Positions 12,161-41,350 of a DNA stretch of 64,000 bases are shown in pieces. The DNA lies in the NCBI GenBank assembly GCA_012295275.1, contig CM022666.1, positions 2,666,001-2,730,000 on the forward strand, in the 5' to 3' direction. The first letter of the stretch is position 1. Each line of letters begins with the position of its first letter. Position numbers and translations under genes: made by a program. The stretch is from Chrysomallon squamiferum (taxonomy: Eukaryota; Animalia; Mollusca). The notes below the pieces were generated by a model. It saw only the letters and a program-made list of their open reading frames with translations. It was not told the DNA's origin and made no database searches.

Positions 12161-13889
12161 TTATTTATACATTTTTCTTTCCATTCTCAGTCTTTCATCG
12201 TCATCTTGCGGGGCGTGTTCTCCTCGTAAAGGTTTTATTTCCATTTCCGTTTTCAGCTGAACGAACCAGTCTACAAATGTCTGGCTCAGTGCTGACACCA
12301 TTACGTCATCTTTCTTCAGAGCGTCCAAAGCAGACGACAGGGAAGTGGGCAGATCCGAGGCAGACGGATCATTACGAGGTGGACATTCTATCTTGTTGAC
12401 GATGCCGTCAATACCTGCAGCAATGTTTGCTGCAAACACCAGGTAAGGATTACATTTTCCACTTGGAATTCGATTTTCAACATATGTGTCATTTTTACCA
12501 TAATTTTTTATACGAAAAGCTGCATTTCTGTCGTCAGTGCCCCAGAAACACTTTCCAGGTACCCTAGGCTGAAACAGACGACGATAACAATTGACTGTTG
12601 GACAACAAATTGCTGTCAGCGCATCGGCATGTTTCACGAGTCCTCCAATCCAATATCGGGCGATGTCTGATAAGAAATCATCTTTGGAAGGATCATAAAA
12701 AACGTTGGTTTTCGTTTCTTTTTTCATTAGAGAATGATTAAAATGCGAACCAATGCCACCTTCGGTCTTACTATCTTTCGAAAGAAAAGATGCATCAAAG
12801 CCACGTTGATCGGCTATTTCAAGCAGTCCTTGGATGAATCCAAAAGATGCGTCTGGACTTCTGATTCCCCACTGAGGCTTCATCGCACACTCTATCATAC
12901 CAGGACCGTATTCTGTACACAAGTCACCAATTTCTACACCGGATTCCAGTAACAGGTTATCCAGTTCAAGGAGAAACCCTTCAACGTGTCTGAAGGTCTT
13001 GTTCATGCAATAATCATTACCTTCAAATATCGGTTTTTCAGATTGCTGATGGCTCAAGACAAATTCCATTTCAAATCCGGAGAACAATTCATAACCTAAA
13101 TCTTGCAGTTTCTGTGATTGTTGTTTCGCTACATATCTTGGACAAGCTTCCTGATATTTAAGATTTGGCATCCATGCGGTTTCACAGTAGAATTCTGCAA
13201 TTTTAAATTTTCCATTTCCGGCCCAAGGAAGCGGATGTAGGGTGTCTAAATCTGGGATGACAGCCATGTTTGGGAAGCCATTGTTTTTTATCTCTTCAGG
13301 AAACGACACATCGCTTCTGTGGGAAAACATCAAAGAACCTGTAATATAGAATGAACTTTATGTATTCTAATTATTATTATTTATTTTCCTTTTCTGTCTT
13401 CTATCTCCGATTTCAAGGATATTAATCTGATCAAATAAAAGGAGCAACGGACTCATGCAGCTGTAGTTTTGATGTTAAATTCAATAATAGTAATTTATCT
13501 TTATGAAAGGTTTGACGTATTTTTATTGTCTTTCTACACGTGTATTTTTGAGACAAAGAAAGGAAAAAGGAAAAAGCAGCAGATATATATATTAAACAAC
13601 ATAATCATAAAAAAAAGTATTAAAAAACTTTTATCTTTATTTACAAATTTGTTTTAGAAAGAAACAGTTATACAATATAGTTATAGAAAACATTAACGAT
13701 CTTTTATTTTTATTTACAGTTCTTAACCTTTCAGCACTTACCACTAGATATTGCTATTCCATTCTTAAATTCGTCAGCGTTTCTAACCGGTAATATTTTA
13801 CCACGAGATGTTCCGTTTATGTCAGAAAAAGTATACTGAACATATTGGTATTTTGAGAGTTGTTTGCGAATCTGGTTAACTTTGTCCAT
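12161..13889 (-). CDS. GS-like copy 4, intact; exons 13889-13742, 13338-12161
   Basis: Inverted paralog with a 148-nt exon 1, a canonical intron and an open exon 2. Confidence 0.9.
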
Positions 13890-14712
13890 ACTGGAATGTA
13901 ATTACCTGTGCTACTGTTTGGTCCAAAAACTTATTTCTGACGAGATGTTACCAGATGCAGCAGTTCAAGCGGCAAACATATGTCCAGACAAAGCTTAAAA
14001 ATGTATTCATTGATCCGGTCTGTTGCATGCTGATTATATATGCATCAATAATTGTGTTTCAAAATTTTCAAAAGTTCTGTACTATGCACCTGAAGAAATT
14101 AAGTGTATTTGACGCGTTTTAATTCTTACTTTTGATTCTTGAATGTTATAAGAGTCGACCTGAATTTCGATAAATATTATATAATAAATAATGTAATTAC
14201 GGAATAAACTTCTCGGAGCCCTTTTAGATTCCCTGGCATTGTATGGCTTTAATTATACCATGTACTTTGAACATTTGAATGATCTGTCAGGGACAGAAAC
14301 GTTTTTATTAGAATCAGAAACCAACAAAACATAAGATCAGGCCAGTAAAATGAGACCAGTATTTTGATGCAGACTAAAAAGGCTGTCAGTGTTAGAATAC
14401 AATGGTGGCCATTTTAAAAAATACTTGTAGATAAATAAAACAAAAGGAAATGAAAAATAGATAACATATTCGAGTCAAAAAATAATAATAATAATAATAA
14501 TAAAATAATAATAATAATAATAATAAAATAAATAAATAAATAAATAAATTAAATTAAAATAAGAAAGAAAGAAACAAAGAAAAGACATAGAAGAGGAGTA
14601 AATAAATGTTCCATGTCAATTTTTATTACGTTCCTCGTGGATTATCTCCCTTACAAATAGCAACAGAAAGCTTCGATTTCGTTTGACCTTTTTCGTCTTT
14701 TACTTTTTAAAT

Positions 14713-14755
<43 letters not shown>

Positions 14756-15261
14756 GTAATATATTCTGACATTAAAAAGATAATGCATTAATTTGGCGTT
14801 TTTTGGAGATATTAAACTGTTTTAAGCATTATTTACTATTGGAATCGCTAAGCTTGGATGATATTGTTACAGATGTTGATAAGATCATCAGCATCAGAGT
14901 GGTCTGATTCATGTCAGTCACATTTAATTCTATCCACGATCAACTTTGTATAAACTCAAGCCAGATTCACACACACAATATAATAACTTCATGATCACTT
15001 GTCTTAAAAACAATGTTTTGAGGATCAGATCATGCTTGTTGATTATTAAACATAATTATTTTCTTCCTATCCGCTAAAGTTACTCTAAGAAATGTCAAAA
15101 TTACAATGATTCTTTATTAAAACGACGTGGTAGAGAGTGAAAAATTAAACAAGTTAGTACGAAACATCTTTCGCCAGCTATTGTAAATTCCTTTTCATTT
15201 GCATTTTTATTTTTATCTTTTTACTTTCTTTTAATTAATTAATTGAAAGAAATAATTATTA

Positions 15262-16769
15262 TTATTCATACATTTTTTTTTCTAAACGAAGTCTTTCTTC
15301 GTCGTCTTTCGGCGCGTGTTCTCCTCGTAAAGGTTTTATTTCCATTTCCGTTTTCAGCTGCACGAACCAATCTACAAATGTCTGGCTCAGTGCTGACACC
15401 ATTACGTCATCTTTCTTCAAAGCGTCCAAAGCAGACGACAGGGAAGTGGGCAGATCCGAGGCAGACGGATCATTACGAGGTGGACATTCTATCTTGTTGA
15501 CGATGCCGTCAATACCTGCAGCAATGTTTGCTGCAAACACGAGGTAAGGATTACATTTTCCACTTGGAATTCGATTTTCAACATATGTGTGCTTCATTCC
15601 GTTATTTTTCATACGTATGGCAGAATTTCTATTGTCTATACCCCAGAAACACTTTCCAGGTGCCCAAGGCTGGAACAGACGACGATAACAATTGACTGTT
15701 GGACAACAAATTGCTGTTAGCGCATCGGCATGTTTGACGAGTCCTCCAATCCAATATCGGGCGATGTCTGATAAGAAATCATCTTTGGAAGGATCATAAA
15801 ACACGTTGGTTTTCGTTTCTTTATTCGAAAGAGAATGATTAAAATGCGAACCAACACCATTTTCGGACATTTTCGGTTTTGATATAAACGAAGGAACCAA
15901 TTTGTGCTGTTCAGCTATTTCGGCGAGTCCTTGCCTAAAGCCGAATGTCATGTCCGGACATTTCATGCCCCACTGAGGTTTCATCACACACTCTATCATA
16001 CCAGGGGTGTGTTCTGTGTGCAGTTCACCAATTTCCACGCCCGATTCGAACAGTAAGGAATCCAGTTCAAGCACAAACCCTTCTATGCGTCTAAACGCAT
16101 TGTTCATACAGAAATCATTACCTTCAAAGACTGGTTTATTTGTTTGCTGTTTGCTCAGAAAGAATTCCATTTCAAATGCAGAAAACATTTCGTAGCCCAA
16201 ATCATGCAGCTTCTGTCTTTGTCTTTTTGCTATAAACCTTGGACATGCTTCCTGAAATTCAAGCTCAGGCATCCATGCACTTTCGCAGTAGAATTCTGCA
16301 ATTTTAAATTTGCCATTTCCAGCCCAAGGAAGCGGATGTAGGTGTCCAAATCTGGGATGACAGCCATATTGGCGTAGCCATTTTCTATTATTCTCGTCGG
16401 AAGTGTCAAAGCACTTTTGTGCGAAAACATCAGTGAACCTGAAAAATTTAGGAAATGTAAAATATTAAAGACTAAAACTTTTAAAACAAATAATAATAGC
16501 AAGCCGATTATCATTTACGTTGTTACGCCGATGTAGAGTTATCGTTCTTTGATAGTTTAATAATCCTCTTAATATAGTCCTTTTTTTTCTTTCTTTCTTT
16601 TTTGGGTATGTATTTCTTCAGCAGTATTTTGTGGCAGCATTAAACTGAATTATAAAATAATTATTTATTTACTTTTTTATTTATAATTATATAAATTATA
16701 TACAAGCAACAAATAACAACTATAATCACTATTATTACTGCTGCTACCACTACTATTACTACTACTATT

Positions 16770-16866
<97 letters not shown>

Positions 16867-17617
16867 ATAATAATAATAATAAATTCAGTTATATTCCAGC
16901 GATCATATTAAATCGAAATTGGTTTCTTGTCTTAATTTCGATTTCGTTTCGAAGCGCAGATTTCAGATTTTTTTGATTTTTAAATGATTTTTTGTTTATT
17001 TCGACTTTCTTTTCAGCATATGTAATTTTGCATATAAAATGAAAATAAATAAATAAATAAATAAATAATAACAGTAATAAAATATATTATATTATGGTAT
17101 CAGTGATGAATCCAGAAGTGTTATAGACGGTTAGTTATTTCATTTACAACACGCTCTGTCGCGCAAAGTTAACTGGCTAACGAAACTGGATTTAAAATTA
17201 TATATAATCTTACAAAATAATTAATAAGTGCCTTAACTTACGTAACATAAAGTTATATCAAATACACATATATATATATATATATCATAAAGACTAATTT
17301 TAAAAATATTATATATGTATTTACCTATTACTGTATTATGGATTTCAGTGATAAATATGGCCTTTCAGCTTCCCTTCGTTACAAATACTGATAGATAAGC
17401 TCGTGTACACTATAGATACTTATAAACAAACACCATTTTTACATATATAATATATACAAGCATACATACCGCTGAAAATGGTCAAACCTTTCTCAAAATC
17501 CTCGGCATTTCGCACAGGTAATATCTTCCCTCTGGAAGTGCCATTTATATCACAAAACGTGTACTGCACGTAGTCGAAATCTGAGAGAAGCCTTTTCACA
17601 GTTTCCAATTTCTCCAT
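15262..17617 (-). pseudogene. GS-like copy 5, frameshifted (or a sequencing indel); exons 17617-17470, 16438-15262
   Basis: 1-bp deletion at ~16341 (GG versus GGG in copy 4 on the + strand) turns PDLDTLHPLP into PDLDTYIRF. The frame is otherwise open. Confidence 0.75.
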
Positions 17618-17886
17618 TGCAGATAACCGTGAAGAAGTGAAGTGGACAAAGTCAGTGGTCACATCCTAGTCATGCTTCAATGATTATGTATAATCAAGGG
17701 TCAAGGGTTTGTTAGGCTCACTAATCTGGCATTTTGTGTTCGTTTGTTTTCGTTCCGTTAGTGGATTACTCGTTCCTTTTCGGCTGAGTTTTCGTTGTTT
17801 TGTTATTTATTTCTGCATCATGGTGTCTGTGTGTCTGAGAAATTTGATAGAAATTGCATGTATTTTGCCCTGAGTGTTTGTAAGAG

Positions 17887-18003
<117 letters not shown>

Positions 18004-18090
18004 ATCTTCTTTTCTTTATTTCCGTATCCTTCAGCGGTTGCTGGCCAACATCAGATATATCGTCTTCGTCCTCGTTTATCTGTTTCTCTC

Positions 18091-18170
18091 CATGCTCACT
18101 GTACTCACGTCATGATCACTGTACTCACGTCATGATCACTGTACTCACGTCATGCTCACTGTACTCACGT
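18091..18170. repeat. 20-bp minisatellite x4 (CATGMTCACTGTACTCACGT)
   Basis: Four near-perfect tandem units seen directly. Confidence 0.9.
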
Positions 18171-18915
18171 TCTTTACGCAGCCAGTCGGGCCCACATATT
18201 CTGCAGACTGTAATTATGTGCGTCTGTTACAAAAGCAGTATAATAACCTTTATAACAGACTATAATCATACCTTTTTAAATTAACGAGAGAGTAGTTTCT
18301 ATTAGATATGAAATAATTGATAACTGTTCTTAAGATAACAGTTTCATCGTGTTTCCTAGAACGCCGAGTGCAGCCAAGGTTTGCCAAACAACATACGCCA
18401 TTTTATTTGGACATCGTAAGACACAGTAATGGCGAAACTTGACGCATACGTGTGGAAACAAATATGTCGTTATTTTTGCTATTTTATTTTTTATTTTATT
18501 TCTTAATTATATTATTTATTATATAATATTTAACAGAATTTAGTCTGACTGTTTTAATATTCGTAAGAATCAAAACGCATGAAGCAACTTCGCAAATAGT
18601 CTTAATTATTTCAGATATATAAACTAAATAATAAAAAAAAAAATTAATAAAATAAAATAAATAAATAAATAATAATAACAACAACAACAACAACAATAAT
18701 AATAATTAAATTAAAAAAAAAAAATTGATGACACAAAATAGTGACGGTAATGAAGCAGACGTGGTCATAACATCTACTAGCAGTAGATCATCGATAAAAT
18801 AATCATATAATATGTTTTTGCTATGCCAAAAACGGTTACTGTTTTCAAAATGAATTTAAAAAATGAAATAATAAAATTTAAATTCTCTAATAATAATAAT
18901 ATAATAATAACAATA

Positions 18916-18954
<39 letters not shown>

Positions 18955-19908
18955 AAATATATCATTAGAGAATTTAATTCTTTTTTATTCTGTTTAAATA
19001 CATATCAGAACCTGAGAACGGAATTCTTAATTTACATTTATTATAACAATATTAGTCCGAATTTGTATTCCTATCCGCATTTCGCCTATCAATACTTCCG
19101 CGAAATTACAAAATGGAGTCTGTTTGGAGTTAACGACCGCGATTTTAAAATTGCTTTCAGGTATACCTGTTGCATCTTTGGCATTAGGAAAATGCATACG
19201 TGTGATCACTGATTTTATTTCACGTTTTGGTGTATCAGATCAAATCTCTGTATAATTTGGACGTTTAACATTTCTAATCTGTCATAAAATAATTTCAAAT
19301 AGAATCTAGATCTGTCATTTATGTTTGCGGGCACTAATATTAGTTACAGTGAACATCTGGTTAAGCTGTTTAGGTAGTTTGTTATACGTAAAAAAAAAAA
19401 AAGTATTTTTTTTAGGTATTTATAGTTGAACTGCAGAGCTATAAATGTGCTATAATTATTTATTTTTTTATATTTTTTATATTAACATTTATTCTTGAAC
19501 AAAAAACGTGTTCAGACCTGTTTTAATTTTAGAAAGCAGCTCAATTTCATAAATTGTTTGGCGAGATAAAGAAATAAATTATTCTAAACTGAATTACAAA
19601 TAAAACTAAATTATAATTATTTTCTCCACAATCTTTTTATGATTTTAAATCAGTCCTTAATTTTTAAATACTGCTAACAAACAATAATAAAATTATATAT
19701 ATATATAGTCATCTTTTAGAGTTATTCAACATCCAATTTTAGTAAATTCATTTAAATTTTTCATTCTTTTTTAACAAAATGTAACTCTTAAAAACTATGT
19801 ATCTTTTATTTGTAATCAATTTTGATCAAGTACGTTTTGATATGAAAAGAATTGCAAAATAGTTATAATAACATCACAGATTGTAACTTTATAATTTCAG
19901 AGCCTAGT

Positions 19909-35275
<15,367 letters not shown>

Positions 35276-35588
35276 AAGTGAAGATTAATTTAGAAAACCA
35301 AAAAAATAAATAAAATAACATCTTCATACTTTACTTCGCCAACTCAGGTGAAATGTTACACCTCCCTGTCAGTTAGTTTTTGCAGTTAGTTACAAAAATT
35401 AGAAAAGTTTTCACTTTAACTATGTTTGAAATATAAAATCTTCCTAAAATTGGGATTTAGTTTTTGTGAAAAAGATTAGATTATTTTTACTGAAAAGTAA
35501 TTGAAGAATTATAATTATTTTTTTAATCATTTTTTTTTAAAAATTTGTACCATTATAAGAAAAACTGTATACAAAATGAACATCAGTA

Positions 35589-35864
35589 CAGGTTGAGGAT
35601 TCTTATCAAAAATGTTTGGAACTGGACATGTTTAGGATTTTGGAATGTAAGGAGATAGCCTGAGTATAGGATCTAGGTCTGAACATGAATACCATTTACA
35701 TTTCATGTACAGCTTATACTAAAAAAAATCAGCAGGATTTTTTATAGAATATTTTTAATAATTTTGTGCATAAAATAAACATAGTATATGTTAAATAATT
35801 CAAAAACTATTTCTGTTTGGAAAAAGTTTCTGATTTCAGAATTTTAAACGAGATCTACAACCTG
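35589..35864. mobile_element. pogo/Tigger-like MITE
   Basis: TA|CAGGTTGAG...CAACCTG terminal inverted repeats, with related copies at ~30590-30916 and ~54630-54850. Confidence 0.6.
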
Positions 35865-35883
35865 TGTAAGAAAAAACTTATTT

Positions 35884-35918
<35 letters not shown>

Positions 35919-37364
35919 TTATTATTTTATTTATTTATTTATTTTTTTTTTATTTATTTATTATTATTATTTTATTTATTTTTTTTTTTTTTTTTTGAAC
36001 CAGACTATTTTGATAATTTATTAATGGGTTTGTGTCCCGAAAAATGATTTTAATGAAATTTACATGACTATGTCATAACTGTATTTAATGTTGATTTTTT
36101 AATTATGTCATTTTTTTGGACCCTGTAAAATGCTACTTCAAATTGTACATACGAATATATAGCTTTTAGTTTTACTTGTTGATATTATGAATTTTATCCA
36201 TCCACTGTTTACACATGTTCATATCTCCCTCCAGAAAAAAAGAGTATAATATGCATCTTAGAATATTTTAATGTATTTTAAAATGAAACCATCCAGTGAG
36301 TAATTTGAATACGAATTTTTATTTTTTATAAAATCACTGTGATTTATGCTTCAGTTGACATTATAAACATTGTCAAATTATCTCTGTATTTTATTTAAAT
36401 TGAGTATTTTTGTCATTTTTTTTAATTATTTCTTTCACGAGAGAATAATTTTTAAATGTTTTTTTATAATTTTGTATACATGTTTTTGGTTGGGATATAC
36501 TAAAAGATTTTCTGAATGGCATAATTTTGAAGTTGTTTAAATGAATATGATGTTTAAAAAATATATATGCCTGCTCCCGTCCATTTGCATAATATTTATT
36601 GAAAAATCCGATGTCTTATATTTTTCTGGGAAAAAGAAAAGAAAAAAAAACAAAAGAAAGATTTATCCCAAATGTCTGGAATCAGAAAAAAAAATTAAAA
36701 TTTTACATATATATAAAATATATCTATGGTGCCTGCATAAATTAATTTTCATGTGAATGCAACAAAAAAAAATGCTTGCATTAAATGATTAATGTTGACT
36801 GATATTAATATAATTTAAAACATATGGATTTAAACATTATCGTTATTGTGTACAGAGTAAGTCCATATCAATTTTTATTTTTTACAGTTCAACTGAATCC
36901 ATTTTATTGGTAACTGTCCATTTTCAGAAAATGTGGCTTGTTTTGTTTTACATTTTTAAAAAATGCTAGATTATTAAAAAAAAAAATGTAAAAAGAGCAG
37001 TAAAAAAAAAAAAAAAAATTAAAGTAAAAATTAAAATTAATGTAGATCTTTTTAGGCTTTGTGTATTATCAAGTATTATCAGAAAAATTATCACCAACGT
37101 GAATTTAGAATTTACAAACATTCTTTGATTCTGGACAAATGGGATGATCTCTTATGTAGTTTCCTGTTTTTTGAAATCCTCTTAAATTAATGCAATTTTA
37201 GTTCTGTAAAAGTTGTTTGTCTCGTAATATTTTATTCATCAAATTTGAATTTTAATTTCAATAATGCAAATGTTTGGTCACAGAGATAATTCCCTAGCTA
37301 TTTTCTGAGTATATTTATTTATTTGTTTATTTATTTATTATTATTATTATTATCATTATTATTA

Positions 37365-37419
<55 letters not shown>

Positions 37420-40400
37420 AATTTTTTTTTTTTTTTTTTAAAAATTTAGTTTCTAATACTGATTATTAATTTTTGATTTTAAAAACTGAGATTTTGATAT
37501 TTATTTTTATTACTCTGTTTATTACAAGTATACAAAAAAATACACCGTCCATTGTGTCAACATATCAAAAGACCACTTGCAATGCTCACACTGTATGCAG
37601 AAATCAAAATAGTTTTAATCCACAATGAATAGAAATCCTCATTTCCATTATGCATGAATATTCAATACATCATGTACTTAAACAGTACATGGAAATCCTA
37701 TTTTCAAAATAATATTTGGATACTATTATACATTTTAAATGTCTAAAAATACATTAACAAAAGTTTACTGTATTTTTAATAAGTTAATATTAATGAAGTG
37801 GTCACATTTAGTGGCTTTGTAAAGCCTATGCAGTTTAAATTTTAATACCTGGCCTAAATATTTTTTGATAATCTTTTATTATTTTCAAATATATTCAGTT
37901 TTATAAACTGGTATACATACCTGAATATATTTTTCAGATGACAAGGAATGTATAATACCTTATGATCCATGGAAAAAAATTATTTCCCAGAAATACTTAC
38001 TTTTTTAAAAAATTTGTTTAAAGAAACCAACAAAAAAATTGAGTAAATTGTTAACTAAGATTTACATAATTCCAATAAAAAGCAGAAATAGTCAGAAATG
38101 TTTAGGTTTGTTTTTAAACTCATATACTTTGAGTTTATTTAACAACTTATAAAGAATTAGCAATATCAGAAAAACTGGATAAAAATTATTTAAAAAAAAT
38201 TTGAATAACTGACTCTTATCTAAGGTTTTTGCATAATAAAAATTCTGTGATCCTTAGAACCCAAAATATGAACCTTTTTTTACATTGGCATAATTATCTT
38301 TTACAATTAATAAGTTTGCTTAGTATTATATGATTTGTATAAAATAAAATATTCAGTTTTATTTTGGACTTTCTTTTACAATTAATAAAGAGTGCATGAT
38401 ATTATATAATCTGTATAAAATAAAATTTCAGATTTTTTCCTTGCTATAATAAATATATGTATTATGTAATTTTTACAACTCCAGAGTGCATAATATTTTG
38501 TGATCCAAACATGACCGTCCACAGTTTAGAGATATATACATGTTCAGGTTGTGAATAAAATGCTCCTCTCTGTAGATATATTTTTAATCAGTGCATAACA
38601 ACACTATGAAATTGTTAAAATTCTTAATGTGTTTTTAGCTGGGGTTTTTTTTTTTTTTTTAATTAATTATTATTATCATAATTATTGTTATTATTACTGT
38701 TATTATCATTATCATCCTTATTATTATTTTTATTATTATTATAAAATCTTTTGTGAAAATAAAAATAACAAAGAATGTTAAAATTGTTGCATATCTTCAT
38801 GTTTAAGATTTATAAATTTTTAAATGTTTTAAAAAAAAAATTTTTAATTTCATGGCTATTTGTAAGCCTTGTTTGGAAATTTTATTACAATTTTTGCCTA
38901 TTTTCTTGTTTCAGCAAAATTGTTTTATTTGTTAATTAAAATCTGTCCATTTTTTCTATTTGTGTGCCTTGGTATTTAAATGATAATTGTCATTTTTATA
39001 GATGAATTACTTTACTTATTTAGTTATGTGTTTTATAATTTTAAAAACAAAAATAGTTTTTATATGAAATAAAAATTCAATTTTGTTTAATTTTAAAAAA
39101 TAAGTAAAATTTCCGTTTTACATTATTGTCAAATCCAGCTGTTTAATTCCTAATATGAATATTGAAATCCATACTGTTTTATTAAAATAAAATTATTATT
39201 TTAAAAATGTCTTCTTCTTTACCTATCAGCATATATTTATTACAATGGCTATATTTTGAAAACTATAATTTTGTTGCCTTAGAAATGAAATGAAATCCAA
39301 ATTTTAATAATATTGCCTTAAACTAAAATTATTTATTGTTTATAATGAAATAATATTAACATGTGCTTGATTTTTATCAGTTTAGTATCTTTATATATTG
39401 TTTGCCTTATATAAAAATGTCACATTGTTGTGAAAACATAATCAAGAAATGTAATTTTATTTATAATATTGATTATAGTGGTGTATGGTTTGTTATTCAA
39501 GAATATTTTTTCTTATCTTTGAATTAGTATTTAATGTTCATTATATTTTTAACAATTTGTGATACTGATTATTTTCTTTTTTATTTATTTATTTTTTATT
39601 ATTATTTATTTTTTTTATTATTGCTGCCTGAAGTGTTCATAATGTGTTTTATTAATTTGTTTTTAATACACTTATTTTGACCAAATGCTTTATAAAATTT
39701 AAATCTTTTTTGAACAACAAGAAGAAATGATCCTTCCTAAACATACCTGAAGTAGAAAAGTAGTTGATTTAAACAATAAAAATGTCAGACTTAATATCCA
39801 AACATATCTAAATAATATCATGACACAAATACTTCATTATTATTATCTGTAATTAACATTATTTATGATTCTTTGTGCATTTTGCATGACTAAAAAATAA
39901 AATTCATCTGATTTTGACATCATATATTTATTTATCATCTTTCTTGATTAACTTATTTGTACATAAAATATTTTGAATAATTTTCAGTTCTTGAAATATT
40001 CATAAATGTATTATTATGTTGTTTTAAATTTGAGGTTTTGTTTTTATTCTTTTACTTTTTTCTTTCTTTTTTTAATTACTATTTTTGTTATTATTATATT
40101 TTTTTTAAACAAATTTTTATATTTTTATATTTGAACTGAAATCCTTAAATTGTAATAACTGTTTTATATGTTTTATTGAAATGTTGAATTATTATGTTTT
40201 AAGGTTCATTACCATTTTTCTCATATATTTTTAGTAATTTTCATAATTTCTTTCTTTAGTACTCTGCGATGGTATGCCTTGTATACTTATCAAATTATAT
40301 TCTACTTGATCTTATTTGTTTTATATGAACTGATTATTATTTTATTTAAAAAAAAGAATGATAGATTTTTGAAAATTTCAAAAATATATTGTCACATTAA

Positions 40401-41307
40401 CATTATACATTACAATAAAATATACGTTGAATTTTATGCCCCAATTTCATATGACATATCAAATATTTATTAATATTTTTTCCTTACTCTTTTAATAGTT
40501 GAATACATCATTGCATCTCCACTAAATTTCCATTATGTTTAAGTTTGCTTTCTTGGCCATTCAGTATGAAGAACACAGATCATTAAGTTGTTATATAAAT
40601 GAGAAAAAACAAATAAAATTCTTCAGTAAAACAAAATTCAAATCTTCATTTTTAAAAGATTATTTACCATATAATAGTTCTAAATAATAATAATAATAAT
40701 AATAACAGTGCTAAATGTGTTTTTAAGCCTCTAAAATTCAATTCAGAATGAACTGATAAGTAGAATTTAGTCCAATATTAAATTCAAAACAAAGAATTAA
40801 ATAGAAACAATAAATATTTTATACTGTTGTTAATTTTATAATTCCTGAATTAAGATCTGTGTATTCTTGAGAATTTTTTCTTAGTTATTGATGTTATTAA
40901 TATTATATCTGTATTTATTTTTATTACTATTATTTTGTTTTTCATTGTTTTTTTTTTAAATTTAAAAACAAAATTGTTTTTATTTTTTCATTTTAAATTA
41001 ATTATTATTATCTATATAAAAATTAAATTTTCTAGTTGATTTTAGTGATTTTAATGTTAGAAATTTGTTTAGCAGTTAGATTCGTATTCTATTTTTTGTT
41101 TAGTTTCAATTAATTTACAGTATTTAATGTGATTTAGCATAATTTTCATATGTATGTAATGCATAATCTTTCTTGTTTTTGTAATTTTACATTCAGAATT
41201 AATTTTCAAATGAGTAAAATATATAAACATTACATCAGAGTTTGTTATTATGATTAGTTATGTTTTATTTATAAATATAACACACAATATACATGTGTGT
41301 ATGTGTG

Positions 41308-41350
<43 letters not shown>

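Noticed and set aside
805-17617. Bacterial contamination or recent HGT of glnA-like genes
   Set aside because: Each copy has a conserved spliceosomal intron and microsatellite flanks, and GS-I/lengsin-like genes are known in animals. Ancient HGT cannot be judged without a phylogeny.
18091-18170. CRISPR-like repeat array
   Set aside because: No unique spacers, no cas genes and a eukaryotic context; it is a plain minisatellite.
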